Source: Actinomycetota bacterium
GTDB lineage: Bacteria; Actinomycetota; Actinomycetes; S36-B12
Length of the DNA stretch: 37,951 nt
Reading direction: 5' to 3'
NCBI GenBank assembly: GCA_046095085.1
Contig: JBJTIQ010000011.1
Span: forward strand, 1-37,951
The stretch's first letter is position 1. Each line of letters opens with the position of its first letter. Under the pieces are notes generated by a model. The model was not told where the DNA came from and ran no database searches. It saw only the letters and a list, made by a program, of their open reading frames with translations. Below are positions 11,093-23,387 of the stretch, piece by piece. A program made the position numbers and the translations under genes.

Positions 11093-11638
11093 CCCGGTCA
11101 GCAGGCCCACGATCTCCTCGGCGGCCAGGGGCACCGAGTCGTTGACCACGCTGACATCGAACTCTCCCTCGGCGGCCAGCTCGACCCTGGCCGTCTCGAG
11201 CCGGCGAGCGATATCGGCAGGCGCCTCGGTCGCGCGACCACGGAGCCGGTCGACCAAGACCTCCCAGGACGGCGGGGATAGGAAGACCTGCAGGGCATCG
11301 GGTGCGCTACTGCGCACCTGGCGGGCGCCCTGGAGTTCGATCTCCACGATCACCGGGCGCCCGGCCGCGAGCGACTCGCGAACCGGTGCGGCCGGCGTGC
11401 CGTAGAGGTTGCCCGCGAATTCCGCCCACTCGAGGAGCTCGCCACCGGCGATCATGCGCTCAAACTCCGCGCGATCGATGAAGTGGTAGTGGACGCCATC
11501 GATCTCACCGGGGCGAGGGGCCCGTGTGGTGACCGAGACGGAGAAGTCGATCGCCGGGTGATTGGTGCGTAGGTAGTCGACCACGCTCGACTTGCCGACA
11601 CCGGACGGTCCGGACAGGACCATGAGCCGGCCGGTCAA
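11090..11638 (-). CDS. gmk: guanylate kinase
   Basis: [11 protein letters not shown]-loop, [17 protein letters not shown] and [13 protein letters not shown] motifs. Start re-picked at TTG 11638 (TTGA overlap with the mihF stop). Confidence 0.96.
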   Translation of the reverse strand: MTGRLMVLSGPSGVGKSSVVDYLRTNHPAIDFSVSVTTRAPRPGEIDGVHYHFIDRAEFERMIAGGELLEWAEFAGNLYGTPAAPVRESLAAGRPVIVEIELQGARQVRSSAPDALQVFLSPPSWEVLVDRLRGRATEAPADIARRLETARVELAAEGEFDVSVVNDSVPLAAEEIVGLLTG

Positions 11639-11967
11639 CGTCGGGCCTGCCGGGTCTCTCGCAGGAGGCCGGCCACCTGGTGCTCGCCGAGCCCCCGCAG
11701 GCGGCGCGACGAAGCGATCGAGCATCGGTCGAGCACGTCGGCGGCGCGGACCGGGCCGATGCCGGGCAGCGACTCGAGGAGGTCGGTGACGCGCATGCGA
11801 CCGATCACCGGGTCGATGAGTCGGTCGCCCAGAACCGCGTCAACGGTGAGCGCACCCGTGCGGAGCTCTTGCTTGACTCGCGCGCGACGCTGGCGGGCGA
11901 TGAGCGCCTGGTCGCGTCCGCGGGCTCGCGCGTCGGCATCCAATCCCGGCGACGACTCACCGGCCAC
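11635..11967 (-). CDS. mihF: actinobacterial integration host factor (mIHF/sIHF family), divergent
   Basis: C-terminal 110 aa of ORF 11635..12300: [12 protein letters not shown]...[21 protein letters not shown]...SRRLRGLG. Conserved pyrF-mihF-gmk position; GAGGA 5 nt before GTG 11967. Confidence 0.85.
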   Translation of the reverse strand: MAGESSPGLDADARARGRDQALIARQRRARVKQELRTGALTVDAVLGDRLIDPVIGRMRVTDLLESLPGIGPVRAADVLDRCSIASSRRLRGLGEHQVAGLLRETRQARR

Positions 11968-12712
11968 GGTCGTCCTCGATCTCCTGGGCGATGGCAGCGG
12001 CCGCCGCTGCGGGGTCGGCGGCCCCCGTGATCGGGCGGCCGATGACCAGCAGGTCGGCCCCGCGATTGAGAGCTTCCACGGGCGTGGCCACTCGACGCTG
12101 ATCGGCAAGCTCGGCGCCCGCCGGGCGTACGCCGGGCGTGATGAGCACGGTGTCGCCAGCCAGGTCGGGCACTTGGTCGCGCAGGGCGGCGCGGATGCCG
12201 GCCACCTCTTCGGGCGAGCAGACGATGGCTCGCGCCCCCGCCGCCACCGACTCGACCGCCAAGCGCTCCGCAAGGGAACGCACGTTGTTTGCGTCGGCAC
12301 CCGGCGGCAGGAGACCCATGCGCACGAGGTCGCCCGGAGTCAGCGAGGTCAAGACCGTGACGGCGACGATGCGCGTCTGTGGCAGTTCGCGAGCCGCAGC
12401 GGCCACCATGTCAGCGCCGCCGGACGCATGGACCGTGAGGAAGTCGGGAGCCAAGCGAGCGACCGAGCGAGCCGCTCCGGCAACCGTTGCGGGGATGTCG
12501 TGAAGCTTCAGGTCGAGAAACAGCTGGCACGGCATGCCGGTCGTCTCAGCGGACGCCGTGCGCGCGGCGATGACCGCCTCGTCGCCGTCGCGCAGGTAGG
12601 ACTCCAGGCCCACTTTGAGGGTGCTGACGTGGGGGCCCACCGCGGCCGCCCACGCGGTCATCGTGCTCAGATCGGGTGCATCGAGCGCGACGGCGATGGG
12701 GCCACGCGTCAT
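11957..12712 (-). CDS. pyrF: orotidine-5'-phosphate decarboxylase
   Basis: ALD, KVGLE, FLDLKLHDIPATV, TPGVRP and VIGRPIT motifs; ATGA overlap with the pyrD stop. Confidence 0.96.
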   Translation of the reverse strand: MTRGPIAVALDAPDLSTMTAWAAAVGPHVSTLKVGLESYLRDGDEAVIAARTASAETTGMPCQLFLDLKLHDIPATVAGAARSVARLAPDFLTVHASGGADMVAAAARELPQTRIVAVTVLTSLTPGDLVRMGLLPPGADANNVRSLAERLAVESVAAGARAIVCSPEEVAGIRAALRDQVPDLAGDTVLITPGVRPAGAELADQRRVATPVEALNRGADLLVIGRPITGAADPAAAAAAIAQEIEDDRGR

Positions 12713-13740
12713 ACCCACTCCGGGGGATTGAGCTCGTCGTCTTCGAGCGCCTCCAGCGACTCAGCATCGGGCGGGCGATGGGCGTGGGATATCGCATCGC
12801 TCAGGCTGGAGAATCCCCGTGCTGCCAGTTCGCTGGCGAGTTCGGCGTGAATGCGCATGGGTGCGGATGGATCATGGAACACGACCGTGCCCACGGAGAC
12901 AGCGTGCGCACCCGCGAGGATGAACTCGAGCGCATCCCGACCGGTGCGGATGCCGCCGACACCCAGGATGGGCATGTCGGGCAGCGCCTGACGCACCTGC
13001 CACACGCAGCGCACCGCGATCGGACGGATTGCCGGCCCGGAAAGACCGCCGGTCACCCCCGCCAATGCCGGCCTCATGGTGTCGACATCGATGACCATGC
13101 CCAGTGTGGTGTTGATGAGCGTGAGCCCGTCGGCCCCCGCTCGGTCGCAGGCCACCGCGATCGTCGCGATATCGGTCACGTCGGGCGAGAGTTTGGCCAG
13201 GACCGGCACGCTCGGGTCGGTGGACCGACGTACGCTCGCGATGACGCCAGAGGCGGTGTCTGCCCGGCATGCGAAGACCTGGCCGCGGTCAGCGACATTG
13301 GGGCAGGAGATGTTCACCTCGATGGCATCGATGCCGTCGTGCGGTCGGAGGATCTTGGCGAGCTCTTCGTATTCCTGCGTCGTGCTGCCGGCGATCGACA
13401 CGATGGTGCGCACCCCGCGTTGGCGCAGCCACGCCAGATCGTGCTCGATGAAGTCATGGATTCCGGGGCCTTGTAGGCCGATGGAATTGAGCATGCCGCT
13501 CGGCGTCTCTGCCATCCGTGGCGTGGCCCGCCCCGAGCGGGGCTCGAGCATGATGCTCTTGGTGACCATGGCTCCCAGCGTCGCCACGTCGAAGAACTGG
13601 TCGAGTTCGCGACCGGACGCTGCGCACCCGGATGCCGTGAGGACGGGGCTCGGCATCGCGAACCAGCCGAGTGTCGTGGTCATGTCGACATTGGGGGCGG
13701 GGACATCGCCCTGGTCGTAGCGCACGACGGCCCGCGTCAT
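12709..13740 (-). CDS. pyrD: dihydroorotate dehydrogenase family 1B, catalytic subunit
   Basis: TASGC, MLNSIGLQGPG, EVNISCPN and GGLSGPAIRP motifs; adjacent to pyrK. Confidence 0.93.
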   Translation of the reverse strand: MTRAVVRYDQGDVPAPNVDMTTTLGWFAMPSPVLTASGCAASGRELDQFFDVATLGAMVTKSIMLEPRSGRATPRMAETPSGMLNSIGLQGPGIHDFIEHDLAWLRQRGVRTIVSIAGSTTQEYEELAKILRPHDGIDAIEVNISCPNVADRGQVFACRADTASGVIASVRRSTDPSVPVLAKLSPDVTDIATIAVACDRAGADGLTLINTTLGMVIDVDTMRPALAGVTGGLSGPAIRPIAVRCVWQVRQALPDMPILGVGGIRTGRDALEFILAGAHAVSVGTVVFHDPSAPMRIHAELASELAARGFSSLSDAISHAHRPPDAESLEALEDDELNPPEWV

Positions 13741-14600
13741 GACCGCTCCCCCGGGGGCACGGGCGCACCCAGCACATCATCCGGAATCGAGCCGACGTCG
13801 TCCCAGCGCACGCGCTCGCCGCGGAAGACCGGACCCTCGACGCACGACCGAACCATGCGGGTGACGCCGTCGTCTCCGATCACGGGGAGTACGCAGGTCA
13901 TGCACACGCCGATGCCACACGCCATGGCTTCCTCCACGGCGCACTGGCTGTAGGCACCGCGCTGTCCGGCGATTCCGGCAATGGCCGCAAGCATGCCCAT
14001 GGGTCCGCAGCCGTAGACCACCTCGGCATTGGCCTTGTCCATGACACTGGGCAGCACGTCCGTGACGCGCCCGGTGTCTCCGAGGGAGCCATCCTCCGTC
14101 GTGATGGTCACGGTCGACGCGATGCGCTTGCCTTCGAGCACTCCGAAGAGCTTCTCCTCTGTGGACGCACCAAGCAGCATGTCGACCCGGCAGCCGCGCG
14201 AGCGCAATTGCTCCGCGAGCATGAAGAGCGGGGCGGCGCCGTAGCCACCGCCGACCAGCACGCAGCTCACCGGCTCACGTGGTAGCGAGAATGGCCGACC
14301 CAGGGGCGCGACGATGTCGAGGGAGTCGCCCCGGCGCCGTTGGGTGAGCCAATGGGTGCCGGGTCCTGCGTCGGCAACGACGACGTCGAGCGTGCCGCCG
14401 TAGATGCCCCGCGACTGGACGCCGTAGATCGAGAAGGCCCGCCGCAGGATGAGCGACGATGAGTCCAGATCACCGATGGCCAGAGCGGCGAAGTGGCCGG
14501 GACGCGTCAGCTCGGGCACGCCGGGGGCGGTCACCGTGAGCACGAAATACTGGCCGGCCCGACGCACGGATACGACCTCGCCACGCACCTGGACCGGCAT
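13737..14600 (-). CDS. pyrK: dihydroorotate dehydrogenase electron-transfer subunit
   Basis: LRRAFSI FAD motif, GGGYG, CGP and MACGIGVCMTC...CVEGPVF [2Fe-2S] motif. Confidence 0.92.
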   Translation of the reverse strand: MPVQVRGEVVSVRRAGQYFVLTVTAPGVPELTRPGHFAALAIGDLDSSSLILRRAFSIYGVQSRGIYGGTLDVVVADAGPGTHWLTQRRRGDSLDIVAPLGRPFSLPREPVSCVLVGGGYGAAPLFMLAEQLRSRGCRVDMLLGASTEEKLFGVLEGKRIASTVTITTEDGSLGDTGRVTDVLPSVMDKANAEVVYGCGPMGMLAAIAGIAGQRGAYSQCAVEEAMACGIGVCMTCVLPVIGDDGVTRMVRSCVEGPVFRGERVRWDDVGSIPDDVLGAPVPPGERS

Positions 14601-17600
14601 CAGGCCTCCTCGCGGTCGGCGTCTGTCCGAAGGCGACGCAGGTCGTTGGCGTGTTCTTGCAGCGAGCGAACACCGATCGGTGCCCGGCGCCCAGCTTCGG
14701 CCTCCACCAGTGCTTCGATACCGAGGACAGTAGCGGCGAGGCCCTGGATGGTCGTGATGCAGGGCACGCCGGAGAGCACCGCGGCGGTGCGGATCTCGTA
14801 GCCGTCCAGCCGGGGGCCGACGCCGAAGGGCGTGTTGATGATGAGGTCGACCTCGCCCGCCCTGATCGCCTGCACCGTGGTCGGCTCGCCTTGGGGACCG
14901 GGCCCGAATCGCGCCTTGCGCAGGAGCCCGACCTTGAGGCCGTGACGTCGGAGCACGTCGGCGGTGCCGTCGGTGGCCAGGATCTCGAATCCGAGATCAG
15001 ACAGCCGCTTGATCGGGAAGATCATCGACCGCTTGTCGCGGTCGGCCACCGACACGAAGACCCGGCCGGAGGTGGGCAGTCCGCCCGAGTAGGCGGCGTT
15101 CTGCGACTTGGCGAAGGCGGTGCCGAACTCGCCGTCGATCCCCATGACCTCGCCGGTTGAGCGCATCTCCGGCCCGAGCACCGTGTCGACTCCGTGGAAG
15201 CGCCCGAAGGGCAGAACCGCCTCCTTCACCGCTATCGGTCCCCCCGCCGGGAGGGTCCCGCCGTCGCCCCGACGCGGCAGGAGGCCCTGCTCGCGAAGCT
15301 CGGCGATGCTCGTGCCGAGCATGACGCGCGCGGCGGCCTTGGCCAACGGCACGGCGGTCGCCTTCGACACGAAGGGAACGGTGCGCGACGCGCGAGGATT
15401 GGCCTCGAGCACGTGGAGGACCCCGCCGGCCAGCGCGTATTGCACGTTGAGGAGACCGCGAACGCCTACCCCTGCGGCGATGGCGAGGGTGGATTCGCGG
15501 ATGCGTTCGATCTCCTGCGGGCCGAGCGAGACCGGCGGCAATGTGCAGGCCGAGTCGCCCGAGTGAATGCCTGCCTCCTCGATGTGCTCCATGACTCCGG
15601 CGAGGAATAGGTCGCGGCCGTCGTAGAGCGCATCGACATCGATCTCGATCGCGTCGTCGAGGAATCGGTCGACCAACACAGGGTGCTCGGGATTGATCTC
15701 GGCTGCACGGCCAAGGTAGTCCCGCAGCATGTCCTCGTCGTAGACGATCTCCATGCCGCGTCCGCCGAGGACGTATGAGGGACGCACGAGCACCGGGTAG
15801 CCGATCTCATTGGCAATCGCGCGCGCCTCCTCGAAGGAAAAGGCCGTGCCGAATCTCGGGGCCGGCAAGCCTGCGCGATGGAGCAGGTCGCCGAATGCGC
15901 CGCGCTCCTCGGCCAGGTGAATCGATTCGGGCGGCGTGCCCACGATCGGCACGCCCTCGTCCTTCAGCGCCTGGGCGAGTCCGAGCGGAGTCTGGCCGCC
16001 GAGCTGGACGATGACGCCGACCACCTCGCCGGACTGCGCCTCCGCATGGACGACCTCGAGGACATCCTCAAGAGTGAGGGGCTCGAAGTAGAGACGGTCC
16101 GAGGTGTCGTAGTCGGTGGACACCGTCTCGGGATTGCAGTTGACCATGACCGTCTCGTATCCGGCCTCGCGCAAGGTCATGGCCGCGTGCACGCACGAGT
16201 AGTCGAACTCGATCCCCTGGCCGATTCGATTGGGTCCGGAGCCGAGGATGATGACCTTGGGTGCCCGACCCGGCTCGACCTCGGATTCCTCGTCGTACGA
16301 CGAGTAGTGGTAGGGGGTGCGAGCCTCGAACTCCGCCGCGCACGTGTCGACCGTCTTGTAGACGGGACGTATCCCCATGTCGTGGCGCTGTCGACGGATC
16401 TGCGCTTCGCTCGCACCGCGCATCTCGGCAATTTGGCGATCGGAAAACCCGTGCCGCTTGGCCGTGAGCATGGCGGCCGAGTCGAGCTGATCTGCCTGCC
16501 GGAGCTCCGCGGCCAGGTCATTGAGTATCTCTATCTGGGCGAGGAACCACGGATCGATGGCGGTCGCCTCGTGCACATCCTCGATGGACGCACCGCCCCA
16601 CAGGGCCCGCTGGACGTTGGCCAGCCGGCCATCGTGAGGCGTGCGTGCTGCGCCGAGCTCGGCGGCCACGTCGACGGCCGACCTGTCGTCCGCCCAGGTG
16701 AAGGGCGCCTCCTTGCGCTCGAGTGACCGCAGCGCCTTTTGCAGCGCCTCGGTGAAGTTGCGCCCGATCGCCATCGCCTCCCCGACCGACTTCATCGTGG
16801 TGGTGAGCACGGGATCGGCCTGCGGGAACTTCTCAAAGGCGAAGCGGGGAATCTTCACCACGATGTAGTCGAGGGTCGGCTCGAAGGACGCGGGGGTCTC
16901 GCGCGTGATGTCGTTGGGGATCTCATCGAGGGTGTATCCCACCGCCAACTTGGCGGCGATCTTCGCGATGGGGAATCCGGTCGCCTTGGAGGCGAGCGCG
17001 GATGACCGCGATACGCGAGGATTCATCTCGATGACGATCAGGCGCCCGTCGTCCGGATTGACGGCAAATTGGATGTTGCAGCCGCCCGTGTCGACCCCGA
17101 CCGCACGGATGATGTCGATGGCGACGTCGCGCATGCGCTGGTATTCGCGATCGGTCAGGGTGAGCGCCGGCGCCACCGTGATCGAGTCGCCGGTGTGAAC
17201 GCCCATCGGATCGAGATTTTCGATCGAGCAGACGACGACGACATTGTCGTGGCGATCGCGCATCAACTCGAGTTCGTATTCCTTCCACCCGAGGATGGAC
17301 TCCTCGAGGAGGACCTCCGTCGTCGGACTGGCCTGCAGGCCGAGGCCGGCGATGCGCCGCAGGTCGGCCTCGTCGTAGGCCATGCCGGACCCGGCCCCGC
17401 CCATGGTGAACGAGGGGCGCACCACGACCGGGTAGCCCAGGTCGTCGACGGCGGCCAGGCAGTCCTCGAGGCTGTGGCAGATAGCCGATCGCGCGCTCTC
17501 CGCCCCGATCGCAGACACGATCTCGCGGAACTTCTCGCGGTTCTCGCCGCGTTCGATCGCGTCGACATCGGCACCGATGAGTTCGACTCCATAACGCTGC

Positions 17601-17923
17601 AGGACACCGGAGTGGTAGAGCGCAATTGCCGTGTTGAGGGCGGTCTGACCACCGAGCGTGGGCAGCAGCGCGTCGGGGCGCTCTTTGGCGATGATCTTCT
17701 CGACGTAGTCGGGGGTGATGGGCTCGACGTAGGTGGCATCGGCGAATTCCGGATCGGTCATGATCGTCGCGGGATTGGAGTTGACGAGGATCACCCGGAT
17801 GCCCTCGGACCGCAGGACTCGGCACGCCTGGGTACCGGAGTAGTCGAACTCGCATGCCTGGCCGATAACGATGGGGCCCGACCCGATCACCAGGACCGAG
17901 GAGATGTCATCGCGACGGGGCAT
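14600..17923 (-). CDS. carB: carbamoyl-phosphate synthase large subunit
   Basis: [30 protein letters not shown], duplicated ATP-grasp domains and C-terminal MGS domain. Start at ATG 17923 (TGATG overlap with carA). Confidence 0.98.
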   Translation of the reverse strand: MPRRDDISSVLVIGSGPIVIGQACEFDYSGTQACRVLRSEGIRVILVNSNPATIMTDPEFADATYVEPITPDYVEKIIAKERPDALLPTLGGQTALNTAIALYHSGVLQRYGVELIGADVDAIERGENREKFREIVSAIGAESARSAICHSLEDCLAAVDDLGYPVVVRPSFTMGGAGSGMAYDEADLRRIAGLGLQASPTTEVLLEESILGWKEYELELMRDRHDNVVVVCSIENLDPMGVHTGDSITVAPALTLTDREYQRMRDVAIDIIRAVGVDTGGCNIQFAVNPDDGRLIVIEMNPRVSRSSALASKATGFPIAKIAAKLAVGYTLDEIPNDITRETPASFEPTLDYIVVKIPRFAFEKFPQADPVLTTTMKSVGEAMAIGRNFTEALQKALRSLERKEAPFTWADDRSAVDVAAELGAARTPHDGRLANVQRALWGGASIEDVHEATAIDPWFLAQIEILNDLAAELRQADQLDSAAMLTAKRHGFSDRQIAEMRGASEAQIRRQRHDMGIRPVYKTVDTCAAEFEARTPYHYSSYDEESEVEPGRAPKVIILGSGPNRIGQGIEFDYSCVHAAMTLREAGYETVMVNCNPETVSTDYDTSDRLYFEPLTLEDVLEVVHAEAQSGEVVGVIVQLGGQTPLGLAQALKDEGVPIVGTPPESIHLAEERGAFGDLLHRAGLPAPRFGTAFSFEEARAIANEIGYPVLVRPSYVLGGRGMEIVYDEDMLRDYLGRAAEINPEHPVLVDRFLDDAIEIDVDALYDGRDLFLAGVMEHIEEAGIHSGDSACTLPPVSLGPQEIERIRESTLAIAAGVGVRGLLNVQYALAGGVLHVLEANPRASRTVPFVSKATAVPLAKAAARVMLGTSIAELREQGLLPRRGDGGTLPAGGPIAVKEAVLPFGRFHGVDTVLGPEMRSTGEVMGIDGEFGTAFAKSQNAAYSGGLPTSGRVFVSVADRDKRSMIFPIKRLSDLGFEILATDGTADVLRRHGLKVGLLRKARFGPGPQGEPTTVQAIRAGEVDLIINTPFGVGPRLDGYEIRTAAVLSGVPCITTIQGLAATVLGIEALVEAEAGRRAPIGVRSLQEHANDLRRLRTDADREEA

Positions 17924-19047
17924 CACGCACCGCCCATGAGCCGTGCGAAGTCGTCGAACAGGTCCGCGGCGTCGTGCGGCCCCGCGGCGGCCTCCGGGTG
18001 GTATTGCACGCTGAACGCTGGCACGTCGAGGCACTGCAGACCCTCGACCACATTGTCATTGAGGCACACGTGGCTCACCCGAACGCGGCCGTAGGGAGTG
18101 CTCACCTCGGTGCCGACGGGTGCGTCGACCGCGAATCCGTGATTGTGCGCGGTGACGGCCACGCGACCTGTGCGCAGGTCCTGGACCGGCTGGTTGACGC
18201 CGCGGTGCCCGAAACGCAGCTTGTAGGTGCCGAATCCGAGCGCACGCCCGAGCATCTGGTGGCCGAAGCAGATGCCGAACACCGGGCGATGCGCATCGAG
18301 GGCCGCCCGCACGAGGGACACCGCGTGGTCGGCCGTTGCGGGATCGCCGGGACCGTTGGAGAAGAACACGCCGTCGCGGCCGATGGCCAGGAGCTCCTCC
18401 GCGCCGATGGTCGCGGGGACGACGTGGACGGTCATGCCGCGCTCGGCCATGCGATGCGGCGTCATGGACTTGATGCCGAGGTCGACAGCCGCGACGACGA
18501 AACGCTCCTCGCCGATGGCAGGCACGACGTAGGCCTCGTCGATGGTGACATCGGCGGTCAGATTGGCGCCGGTCATGGGGGCCACCGACCGCACCGTCGC
18601 CACGAGTTCATCGGTGGGGGCGCCGGATGCTGCACCGCTGAAGATGCCGACGCGCATGGCCCCGCGATCGCGCAGGTGGCGGGTCAGTGCACGCGTGTCG
18701 ATGTCGCGGATCCCGACGACGCCGGCGTCTTCGAGCTCGCCGTCGAGCGAGCGTCGGGACCGCCAGTTGGATGCCACCGGCGAGGGGTCGCGCACGACGT
18801 ATCCGGCGACCCAGATGCGCCGCGACTCCGGATCCTCGTCGTTCATGCCAGTGTTGCCCACGTGCGGCGATGTCATGACGACGACCTGCCCCTGGTAGGA
18901 CGGGTCGGTGAGGGTCTCCTGGTAGCCGGTCATCCCCGTGGCGAACACAGCCTCGCCAGTGGTGGTGCCGACGGCTCCGAAACTGCGGCCCCGGAAGGTC
19001 CGCCCATCTTCGAGCACCAGCACGGCGGGCTGGGGGCCGGGCGTCAC
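17923..19047 (-). CDS. carA: carbamoyl-phosphate synthase small subunit
   Basis: [36 protein letters not shown] and QYHPEA motifs. Start at GTG 19047 (GTGA overlap). Confidence 0.97.
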   Translation of the reverse strand: MTPGPQPAVLVLEDGRTFRGRSFGAVGTTTGEAVFATGMTGYQETLTDPSYQGQVVVMTSPHVGNTGMNDEDPESRRIWVAGYVVRDPSPVASNWRSRRSLDGELEDAGVVGIRDIDTRALTRHLRDRGAMRVGIFSGAASGAPTDELVATVRSVAPMTGANLTADVTIDEAYVVPAIGEERFVVAAVDLGIKSMTPHRMAERGMTVHVVPATIGAEELLAIGRDGVFFSNGPGDPATADHAVSLVRAALDAHRPVFGICFGHQMLGRALGFGTYKLRFGHRGVNQPVQDLRTGRVAVTAHNHGFAVDAPVGTEVSTPYGRVRVSHVCLNDNVVEGLQCLDVPAFSVQYHPEAAAGPHDAADLFDDFARLMGGA

Positions 19048-19598
19048 GGCGTCCTCTCGTCGGCGAGCAGTCCGAGCAGTCCATCGAGGGCCGCGGCCTG
19101 CCCCCAGGAGGGGTCCGCGCGAAAGCCCGTGTCGATGAGCCTGCCACCCAGTTGCCACGTCACCACAACCACCCCGTCGCGCTCGTAGGCCTTGCCAGCG
19201 ATCCCGCGATCGGACCGGGCGCCCCGCAGATCTCGCCTCGGGATGAAGACGTCGCCCGCCCCGGTGCGGCCGAAGAGCACGCCGTCGGTACTCATGGACA
19301 GCTCGGCTCGGCTGCGGACACCCAGGTCGTGGACCACGACGCGGTCGAGCCAGTCACCGGACACGGTCGACCCGATGAACAGCCCGGGGATCGCCGGACC
19401 ATCGGCGGCCCACGTCTCGGGCGCGACGGAGTGGGGGGCCGGGATATCACCTTGCCGACCGGCGCGGGCGAGCCAACCGCGGCGCATGGCCAAGAGCACG
19501 AGGGCAATGGTGGCGAAGACCAACGCGACCAGCGCGATACGGAGCGGCCATTGGGTGACGGGAGCCGACTGCGCGAGCACGAGGGTCGCCTCGGTCAT
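19044..19598 (-). CDS. conserved actinobacterial membrane-anchored protein of the pyr operon (between pyrC and carA)
   Basis: N-terminal TM helix, then [16 protein letters not shown] and DTGFR. Position matches the hypothetical gene usual in actinobacterial pyr operons; overlaps both neighbours. Confidence 0.8.
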   Translation of the reverse strand: MTEATLVLAQSAPVTQWPLRIALVALVFATIALVLLAMRRGWLARAGRQGDIPAPHSVAPETWAADGPAIPGLFIGSTVSGDWLDRVVVHDLGVRSRAELSMSTDGVLFGRTGAGDVFIPRRDLRGARSDRGIAGKAYERDGVVVVTWQLGGRLIDTGFRADPSWGQAAALDGLLGLLADERTP

Positions 19599-20881
19599 GT
19601 CACGCGGCCTTCGAGCACCGTCGGACGCCCGGCCAAGAATGTGGCCACGACGCGACCGTGCATCTCTCGCGCGACGAAGGGCGTGTTGCGGCTACGCGAT
19701 GCCAGACGCGCCGGGTCCACGGTCCAGCGGGCGGAGGGATCGACCAGCACGAGGTTGGCCGGCTCCCCCACCTCGAGCGGGCGACCGTGGCCGTCGAGCC
19801 TGCCGATACGGGCGGGCCGGACGGACATGCGATCGGCAACGCCGCGCCAATCCAGGCGCCCGGTGTCGACCATGGTCTCGACCACCACGCTGAGCGCGGT
19901 CTCGAGCCCGAGCATGCCGAATGCTCCGGCGGCCCACTCGCAGTCCTTGTCCTCGTGCGGGTGCGGTGCGTGGTCGGTCGCCACGGCGTCGATGGTGCCG
20001 TCGGCCAGGCCCTCTCGGACGGCTTCGACGTCGGCGGCAGTGCGCAGCGGCGGATTCACCTTGTAGCGGGGGTCGTAGGTGCGGGCAAGCTCCTCGGTCA
20101 GCACGAGGTGGTGGGGAGTGACCTCGGCGGTGACGTTGATGCCGCGCTCCTTGGCCCATCTGACGATCTCTACCGACCCCCGGGTCGACAGGTGGCAGAT
20201 GTGGACGCGGGAATCGACGTGATCTGCGAGCAGCACATCACGCGCGATGATCGCCTCCTCGGCCACCGACGGCCAGCCCCGCAGGCCGAGCACCCCGGAG
20301 AGCGCTCCTTCGTTCATCTGTGCGCCCTCGGTCAAACGAGGCTCCTGCGCATGCTGGGCGATGACGCCGTCGAATGCCTTCACGTATTCGAGTGCCCTGC
20401 GCATGAGCACCGCATCGCTCACGCAGACGCCGTCATCGCTGAAGACGCGTACGCGCGCCGCCGACTCGGCCATGGCTCCGAGCTCGGCAAGCTGCTCTCC
20501 CCGCAGCCCGACGGTGACAGCTCCCACGGGGAACACGTCGCACAGTCCGGCATCGACGCCACGGCGCCAAACTTGCTCGACGACGCCGGCGGTGTCGGCC
20601 ACCGGCTGGGTGTTGGCCATGGCGTGCACCGCGGTGAAGCCACCGAGTGCGGCGGCAGCGGATCCGGTCTGGATCGTCTCGGCGTCCTCGCGCCCGGGCT
20701 CGCGCAGATGGGTATGGAGGTCAACGAGGCCGGGGAGCAGGACGAGGGATCGCGCATCGACGACCAGGTCGCCATCCGGCGCGCCGCCAGGCGGCTCGAG
20801 CCCGGCTATGCGCCCCTCGGCGATGACGACGTCGACCGCCTCCTCGCCGTAGGGACGGGCACCTCTCAGTACGACACTCAT
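19595..20881 (-). CDS. pyrC: dihydroorotase
   Basis: [21 protein letters not shown] and ATDHAPH motifs. Confidence 0.97.
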   Translation of the reverse strand: MSVVLRGARPYGEEAVDVVIAEGRIAGLEPPGGAPDGDLVVDARSLVLLPGLVDLHTHLREPGREDAETIQTGSAAAALGGFTAVHAMANTQPVADTAGVVEQVWRRGVDAGLCDVFPVGAVTVGLRGEQLAELGAMAESAARVRVFSDDGVCVSDAVLMRRALEYVKAFDGVIAQHAQEPRLTEGAQMNEGALSGVLGLRGWPSVAEEAIIARDVLLADHVDSRVHICHLSTRGSVEIVRWAKERGINVTAEVTPHHLVLTEELARTYDPRYKVNPPLRTAADVEAVREGLADGTIDAVATDHAPHPHEDKDCEWAAGAFGMLGLETALSVVVETMVDTGRLDWRGVADRMSVRPARIGRLDGHGRPLEVGEPANLVLVDPSARWTVDPARLASRSRNTPFVAREMHGRVVATFLAGRPTVLEGRVT

Positions 20882-21833
20882 GTCGAGGCCTCCGCCAGAT
20901 CGGCCTCGGTGCGAGCGCCGAGGATGAGGTAGAGGACAGCCATGCGGACGTTAACGCCGTTAGTCACCTGCTCGACGATCACCGACCGCTGTCCGTCAGC
21001 GACGTCAGCCGTGATTTCCATCCCCCTGTTCATCGGACCGGGGTGCAGGACGATCCCATCGTCGGCGAGCAGGCTCGCTCGACGGGTGTCGAGTCCGTAG
21101 CGACGACTGTATTCGTGGGTGGACGGGAAGTACGCCGCGTTCATGCGCTCCCGTTGGACCCGCAGCATCATGACGGCACTCGCGCCCGGCAGCGCATCAT
21201 CGAGGTCGTAGGACACCTCGCACGGCCAGGTCTGGACTCCGACCGGCATGAGCGTGGGTGGTGCCACGAGCGTGACGGACGCTCCTAGCGCGTGCAGCAG
21301 GTGCGCATTGGACCGCGCGACCCGGCTGTGCAGGACGTCGCCCACGATGACAACCCGCCGACCGTCAAGCGCGCCCTCGCCACCCGACAGATGGTGACGC
21401 AGCGTGAAGGCGTCGAGGAGCGCCTGGGTCGGATGCTCATGTGTGCCATCGCCGGCATTGATGACCGCGCAGTCGATCCACCCGGAATGGGCCAGACGGT
21501 GGGGAGCTCCGCTTGCCTCGTGCCGCACGACGACGGCGTCTGCACCGATCGCCTCTAGGGTGAGTGCGGTGTCCTTCAGGCTCTCTCCCTTGGACACACT
21601 CGAGCCCTTGGCGCTGAAGGTGATGACATCAGCGGACAGTCGCTTGGCCGCTGCCTCGAAGGAGATGCGGGTGCGCGTCGAGTCTTCGAAGAAGAGGTTG
21701 ACGACGGTCCGGCCACGCAGCGTGGGCAGCTTCTTGACCGCGCGATCGGTCACTTTGGCGAGTTCGCCAGCGGTGTCGAGGATGAGGAGGGCTTCGTCGC
21801 GGGAGAGATCGGCCGCGCTCAGCAGGTGACGCA

Positions 21834-21834
<1 letters not shown>
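20878..21834 (-). CDS. pyrB: aspartate carbamoyltransferase catalytic subunit
   Basis: [29 protein letters not shown] and HPGPMNRG motifs. Confidence 0.98.
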
Positions 21835-22532
<698 letters not shown>

Positions 22533-22546
22533 TCAGGCGAGGCGCG

Positions 22547-23377
22547 TCAGCCGCCGGTCGCCCAGGTGAGCGCGGCCGAGAACACGAAGCCGGCGGTGCC
22601 GATGATGCCGGCCCAGCCCTTCACGCTGCGCACGGCGATCGGGATCATTTCGTTGATGACCACCACGAGGAGTGCCCCGGCCGCAACGGACTGGATGATC
22701 GCCTGGGTGGCATCCGAGGCGTTGGCGAGCAGCGTGTAGCCGATCGCCGCGAAGACCGCCCCGATGACGACCACCGCGGAGAACCTCAGCAGGATCGAGG
22801 CCATCGCGATGCCACCGGCCAGGAGCGCGGCGGAGATGCCGATGGCCTCAGGCACGGCGGAGATGAAGATCGAGCCAACGAGGGCCGCGGAGACGCCCGC
22901 GGTTGCCGTGTGCAGGGTCAGGCCCACAGCGATGGACTCGGGCACCCCGTCGATGACCATGCCGATCGTGAGGTTGCGCGCCTCCTTCTTGGAAGCACCG
23001 TGCACCTCTCCCTCACCGTGGCTGGCCGCACCCCCGGACGTGGACGCGGTCGCTTCGGCTGCCGCGAGTTCGCTCGGCACGATCCCCTCGAGGTCGTGCG
23101 ACTTCTCACCCTCCCCCTTGCGCTCGAGGAGGGCGATGATGCCGAAATACAGCAGGGCGCCGATGCCCACGCCGATGGCCGTGGGTCCTGCCCCGGCCTC
23201 GTCATAGGACACCGCCACGAGGTCGATGGCCACCGCCGAGATGATGGCGCCCGCGCCGAACGCCATCAGGACGCCCACGACGAAGGGCTTCTTCAGGCTC
23301 GGGAACGTCCACGCGAGGAGTGCACCGACGATGAGCGCGGACTGGGCGATGGCGCCGAAAATGGCTGCTTCAAGCAT
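22547..23377 (-). CDS. ZIP (ZupT/GufA)-family metal transporter
   Basis: About 8 hydrophobic segments; LMAFGAGAIISAV, IDGVPESIAVG, SAVPEAIG and AAGALL...EMIP motifs; His-containing loop. Leaderless TAGGTT-7 nt-ATG. Confidence 0.82.
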   Translation of the reverse strand: MLEAAIFGAIAQSALIVGALLAWTFPSLKKPFVVGVLMAFGAGAIISAVAIDLVAVSYDEAGAGPTAIGVGIGALLYFGIIALLERKGEGEKSHDLEGIVPSELAAAEATASTSGGAASHGEGEVHGASKKEARNLTIGMVIDGVPESIAVGLTLHTATAGVSAALVGSIFISAVPEAIGISAALLAGGIAMASILLRFSAVVVIGAVFAAIGYTLLANASDATQAIIQSVAAGALLVVVINEMIPIAVRSVKGWAGIIGTAGFVFSAALTWATGG

Positions 23378-23387
23378 GGAGCGGAAC

